Of a stretch of DNA of 32,000 nucleotides, positions 29,331 to 32,000 are shown in pieces. The notes under the pieces were generated by a model. The model was not told the origin of the DNA and did no database searches. It was given only the letters and a program-made list of their open reading frames with translations. The position numbers and the translations under genes are program-made. The stretch is from Candidatus Helarchaeota ASGARD archaeon Hel_GB_B. Lineage in GTDB: Archaea > Asgardarchaeota > Lokiarchaeia > Helarchaeales > HEL-GB-B. Every line of letters begins with the position of its first letter. Position 1 is the first letter of the stretch. The stretch covers positions 30,001 through 62,000 of the forward strand of contig SUPR01000004.1 in the NCBI GenBank assembly GCA_005191425.1. Reading direction: 5' to 3'.

Positions 29331-29935
29331 ATAATTTTTAACTTAAATTTAAATTATTATTCTATTGAAAATATAAAGGAAATTTGTTTCATTTACTTAT
29401 TTTAAAGATTTTTTTAAAATTACATTAATAATATAATTTTATTATTTCTAATAAACATTTTTAGAATTCTAAATTTTAAAAATTCTTATATTCCATTTAA
29501 ATAAATTTAACTCCACTCTTGCTTGAAAATCTTTTTGTAATTTATCAATATTTCATTAATAATTTACACATATATATTTTTTATTGCCAATTTTTTTAGT
29601 TAAATATTATTAGAAATAAATTGAGCATTCTAACCTTAATAATGTAAAGTTAAACAAACAAAATCCAAAATATTTAAGATATTAATTTTTTAATTTTCTA
29701 TTTTTTCTTAATAATTTCAATCAACTAATTTCAATTTTAAAATTTTGTTTGGTAAATTACTTTAATTAATAAATTAACAATTAAAAATTAGATTTTTCCT
29801 ATTAAGTTATAATTTTCAAACAGGAAACTTTTTCAAATGTTATATTCAAATATTGAAGTCATTGATGTGTGTGGATTAATCGCATTTATATTAAACTAAA
29901 ATTTTTAAGGACGAAGTCTACTTTATCATAAATGG

Positions 29936-30364
29936 TTAATGAGAGGGTGATTTTGGTTTTACTATTTTCTTTAGTACTGAATATATTTTTGCTTCTAAAT
30001 TATTTTCAAGTGTTATAATGGTCTGATTTAAATTTTTAATTGAATTTTCTAAAATATCAAATTTTTTTTGATTTTCTTTAATAGATTTTTCAATTTTATC
30101 TTGAATTGATGACACTCCCTCTTTTAAAGCGGAAAATGAAATCGTCTCTTCAGCTAATAATTTTTTTAAACTTTTCAGTTCTCTTTCTACCGATTCCATC
30201 ATTTTCAAAACCTCATTATTAATGTCTGATCTATTTTTTGCCATTTCTTCATTCAAAATATTTAGGCCCTTGACTATTTCTTTAACTGCATCAATTGTAG
30301 GAACTGGCCCAACAGGTGTATCTAATGCGTCAATTTCAATCTCAATTTTTTCATTTTCAGACAA
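29936..30364 (-). CDS. Hypothetical coiled-coil protein within the ubiquitin-ESCRT locus
   Basis: 142-aa ORF with TTG start; N-terminal IEIEIDALDTPVGPVPTIDAV then heptad-rich helix; co-oriented with vps23/vps28/vps22. Confidence 0.75.
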   Translation of the reverse strand: MSENEKIEIEIDALDTPVGPVPTIDAVKEIVKGLNILNEEMAKNRSDINNEVLKMMESVERELKSLKKLLAEETISFSALKEGVSSIQDKIEKSIKENQKKFDILENSIKNLNQTIITLENNLEAKIYSVLKKIVKPKSPSH

Positions 30365-30540
30365 TTTTTTAACTCATCCTTTAGATAAACTTTTCTACCC
30401 GTAATCTTAATTCTATTAATGAATAATTAATTTATTTTAATATTTAAATTGTTTTTATTAATCAACAAAATTTTTAATCTTTTATTATTTATTCATATTG
30501 ATTTCTTAATATATTTTATTCAATAACAAAAAGAATTAAA

Positions 30541-30771
30541 ATGGACGTTCGTTTTATAGACAAAATTAAGATAATTGGAGAGTGGAATTGGGAAAAATTA
30601 TCACGTTGTATTGTGTGTAATTTGCCTATAGAAAATAATGAACCTGCCCTCATGTGTCCATATTGTAGAAATTGGGCACACAAAGACCATCTACTCGAAT
30701 GGATAAAAATAAAAGGTAGATGCCCTTTTTGTAAGCGCCGACTAAACCGCAGTGATTTGATTGAAAAATAA
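30541..30771 (+). CDS. Small RING-finger protein, probable E3 ligase
   Basis: CIVC-x12-CPYC-x4-H-x2-H..W..CPFC (C4H2C2) with the RING Trp; next to ubiquitin and E2. Confidence 0.85.
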   Translation: MDVRFIDKIKIIGEWNWEKLSRCIVCNLPIENNEPALMCPYCRNWAHKDHLLEWIKIKGRCPFCKRRLNRSDLIEK

Positions 30772-30799
30772 TAAATAACTATAAATAATGATTAAAAAG

Positions 30800-31048
30800 T
30801 TAATTTTTCGGGGAACCCCCTTCGGTCCGTGCAATTAAATAAAGTTTATCGTAATCATTTATCCCAACATCTGCTAAGCTCTGGTTTTCATTCCTAATTT
30901 CAGTACCTCTAAATGCTAATACAAAAATCGATGTAGGAATACGTTTTCTTTGTGAAATTTCTCGCTTTAAATCAACAATTCTCGTATTTGGAGGTACTTG
31001 AATTTCCATTACATCTCCACCAATAGCACTAACAATCCTAATAATCAT
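30800..31048 (-). CDS. Ubiquitin-like modifier precursor (GG followed by SPKN)
   Basis: Beta-grasp pattern, LAFRG, C-terminus LYLIARTEGG-SPKN. Confidence 0.9.
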   Translation of the reverse strand: MIIRIVSAIGGDVMEIQVPPNTRIVDLKREISQRKRIPTSIFVLAFRGTEIRNENQSLADVGINDYDKLYLIARTEGGSPKN

Positions 31049-31255
31049 ATTTATACACTTTCTATCTAATTTATTAATAAACCATATTAATTCTTAATTA
31101 TCTTTTAATAATTACTAATTTTATAGTTTTGGATATTATTTTTTCTATTTATTAAATTGGTCAAAATTTCATTTAATTTTTAAAAATAGAGTATATTAAT
31201 TTGGCGTCATTACATTTTAATTAACAAAATAATTTTGCATTAAATTCATGTTTCT

Positions 31256-31708
31256 CTATAAATTATCCCATCGAGCATATTTCTCCAAATAATATTTTAC
31301 TTCTTCTTCATATCTTTTATGATTTGTTTTCATCTGATTTGCTGCTTCTGAATTTAAAGGAGAATTTGGATTTGGAAAATTTAACAAGTTTCTTAATGCT
31401 TCAATTAGCCCTGCAATAGACATAGTCGGCGTCCAATCTTTTCCCATTGCTCCAACACATACTCTTTTTTTGTATATATTTGGATGCCAAATTGGCGTTA
31501 ACCACTTTACTCTAGGTGATTCATAAGGAAATTTGCGAGTAACAGTTATTTGAATCTTAAAAACGCCTCCCTCATACATACCTGTGCCTAAGATAAACCC
31601 TTCCCACATTGTTAAATCTCCACCTATTGGCTTAAAACTGGGTTCCTCTTCCTCTAATATCTTAGCTTCATAAGCTAATCTTGCATAAAAGTCTTCATCG
31701 CTTAACAT
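31256..31708 (-). CDS. Ubiquitin-conjugating enzyme E2, catalytic residues intact
   Basis: YEGGVFKI, FPYESPRV, WHPNI, catalytic Cys in RVCV, WTPTMSI, PNPNSPLNSEAA. Confidence 0.94.
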   Translation of the reverse strand: MLSDEDFYARLAYEAKILEEEEPSFKPIGGDLTMWEGFILGTGMYEGGVFKIQITVTRKFPYESPRVKWLTPIWHPNIYKKRVCVGAMGKDWTPTMSIAGLIEALRNLLNFPNPNSPLNSEAANQMKTNHKRYEEEVKYYLEKYARWDNL

Positions 31709-32000
31709 ACTTGATTCCGTTATTTGATTTTTTTCTTAATTCTTAATTATAAATTATTTAATTAAATAATTCAATCCATAATTAATAGGATTATAATTTT
31801 TCAATCATTCTTGTAATAATTTTTTAATACATGTTTTTTAAATTTTCAACTTATTATCTTTTCTCGTAATATCTTTTGAATTTTATTATAGAATTGTCAT
31901 ATCTAAAGAGTTGAGATTCTATTTTAAACTATGATAATCTTTAGGCTATTAATACTATATGTTTCCTTTGTGATCTGATTTTAAATTATATAATATTTTT

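Noticed and set aside
29191-29935. 745-bp AT-rich spacer as replication origin, small RNA or small ORF (20-aa MLYSNIEVIDVCGLIAFILN)
   Set aside because: No repeated ORB elements or cdc6 nearby (CAGGAAAC at 29821 is only a partial match), no paired C and D boxes, and the ORF has no support.
13664-30404. Remaining short track ORFs (13664, 19791, 21116, 24736, 25008, 25072, 26177, 30222)
   Set aside because: All overlap well-supported genes on the opposite strand and have no family signature.
1158-32000. TATA/BRE promoters and poly-T terminators
   Set aside because: Spacers are so AT-rich that consensus matches are everywhere and cannot be assigned without transcript ends.

Overview
A strongly AT-rich archaeal chromosomal segment, almost certainly from an Asgard archaeon (eukaryote-like ESCRT-I/II/III, Vps4, ubiquitin, E2, RING, Elf1); the class cannot be fixed from this window. 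I count 29 protein genes. The left half (1-19202) is mostly housekeeping: alaS (runs off the left edge and is missing from the ORF track), a bacterial-core/archaeal-tail LeuRS, the uL11-uL1-P0-P1 stalk operon, tRNA methyltransferases (NSun6-like, Trm5), Pcm, Elf1, a GIFT-like membrane protein, PolD DP2 with a Gln-terminal mini-intein, CBS, MazG and Sec61-beta. The right half (19253-31708) is a near-complete ubiquitin-ESCRT locus: ESCRT-IIIB, a 923-aa HerA/DUF87 ATPase, ESCRT-IIIA, Vps4, Vps25, Vps22/36, Vps28, Vps23/37, an unknown coiled-coil protein, a RING protein, ubiquitin and an E2. The best candidates for new biology are (i) the multidomain HerA-family ATPase placed between the two ESCRT-III genes, (ii) a shared N-terminal helix on Vps25 and Vps28 that resembles the ESCRT-IIIA C-terminal MIM1-like helix, and (iii) the orphan coiled-coil gene inside the locus. 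No rRNA, tRNA, CRISPR array or transposase was seen. All family calls come from motif recognition and recalled reference sequences; no database search was run.
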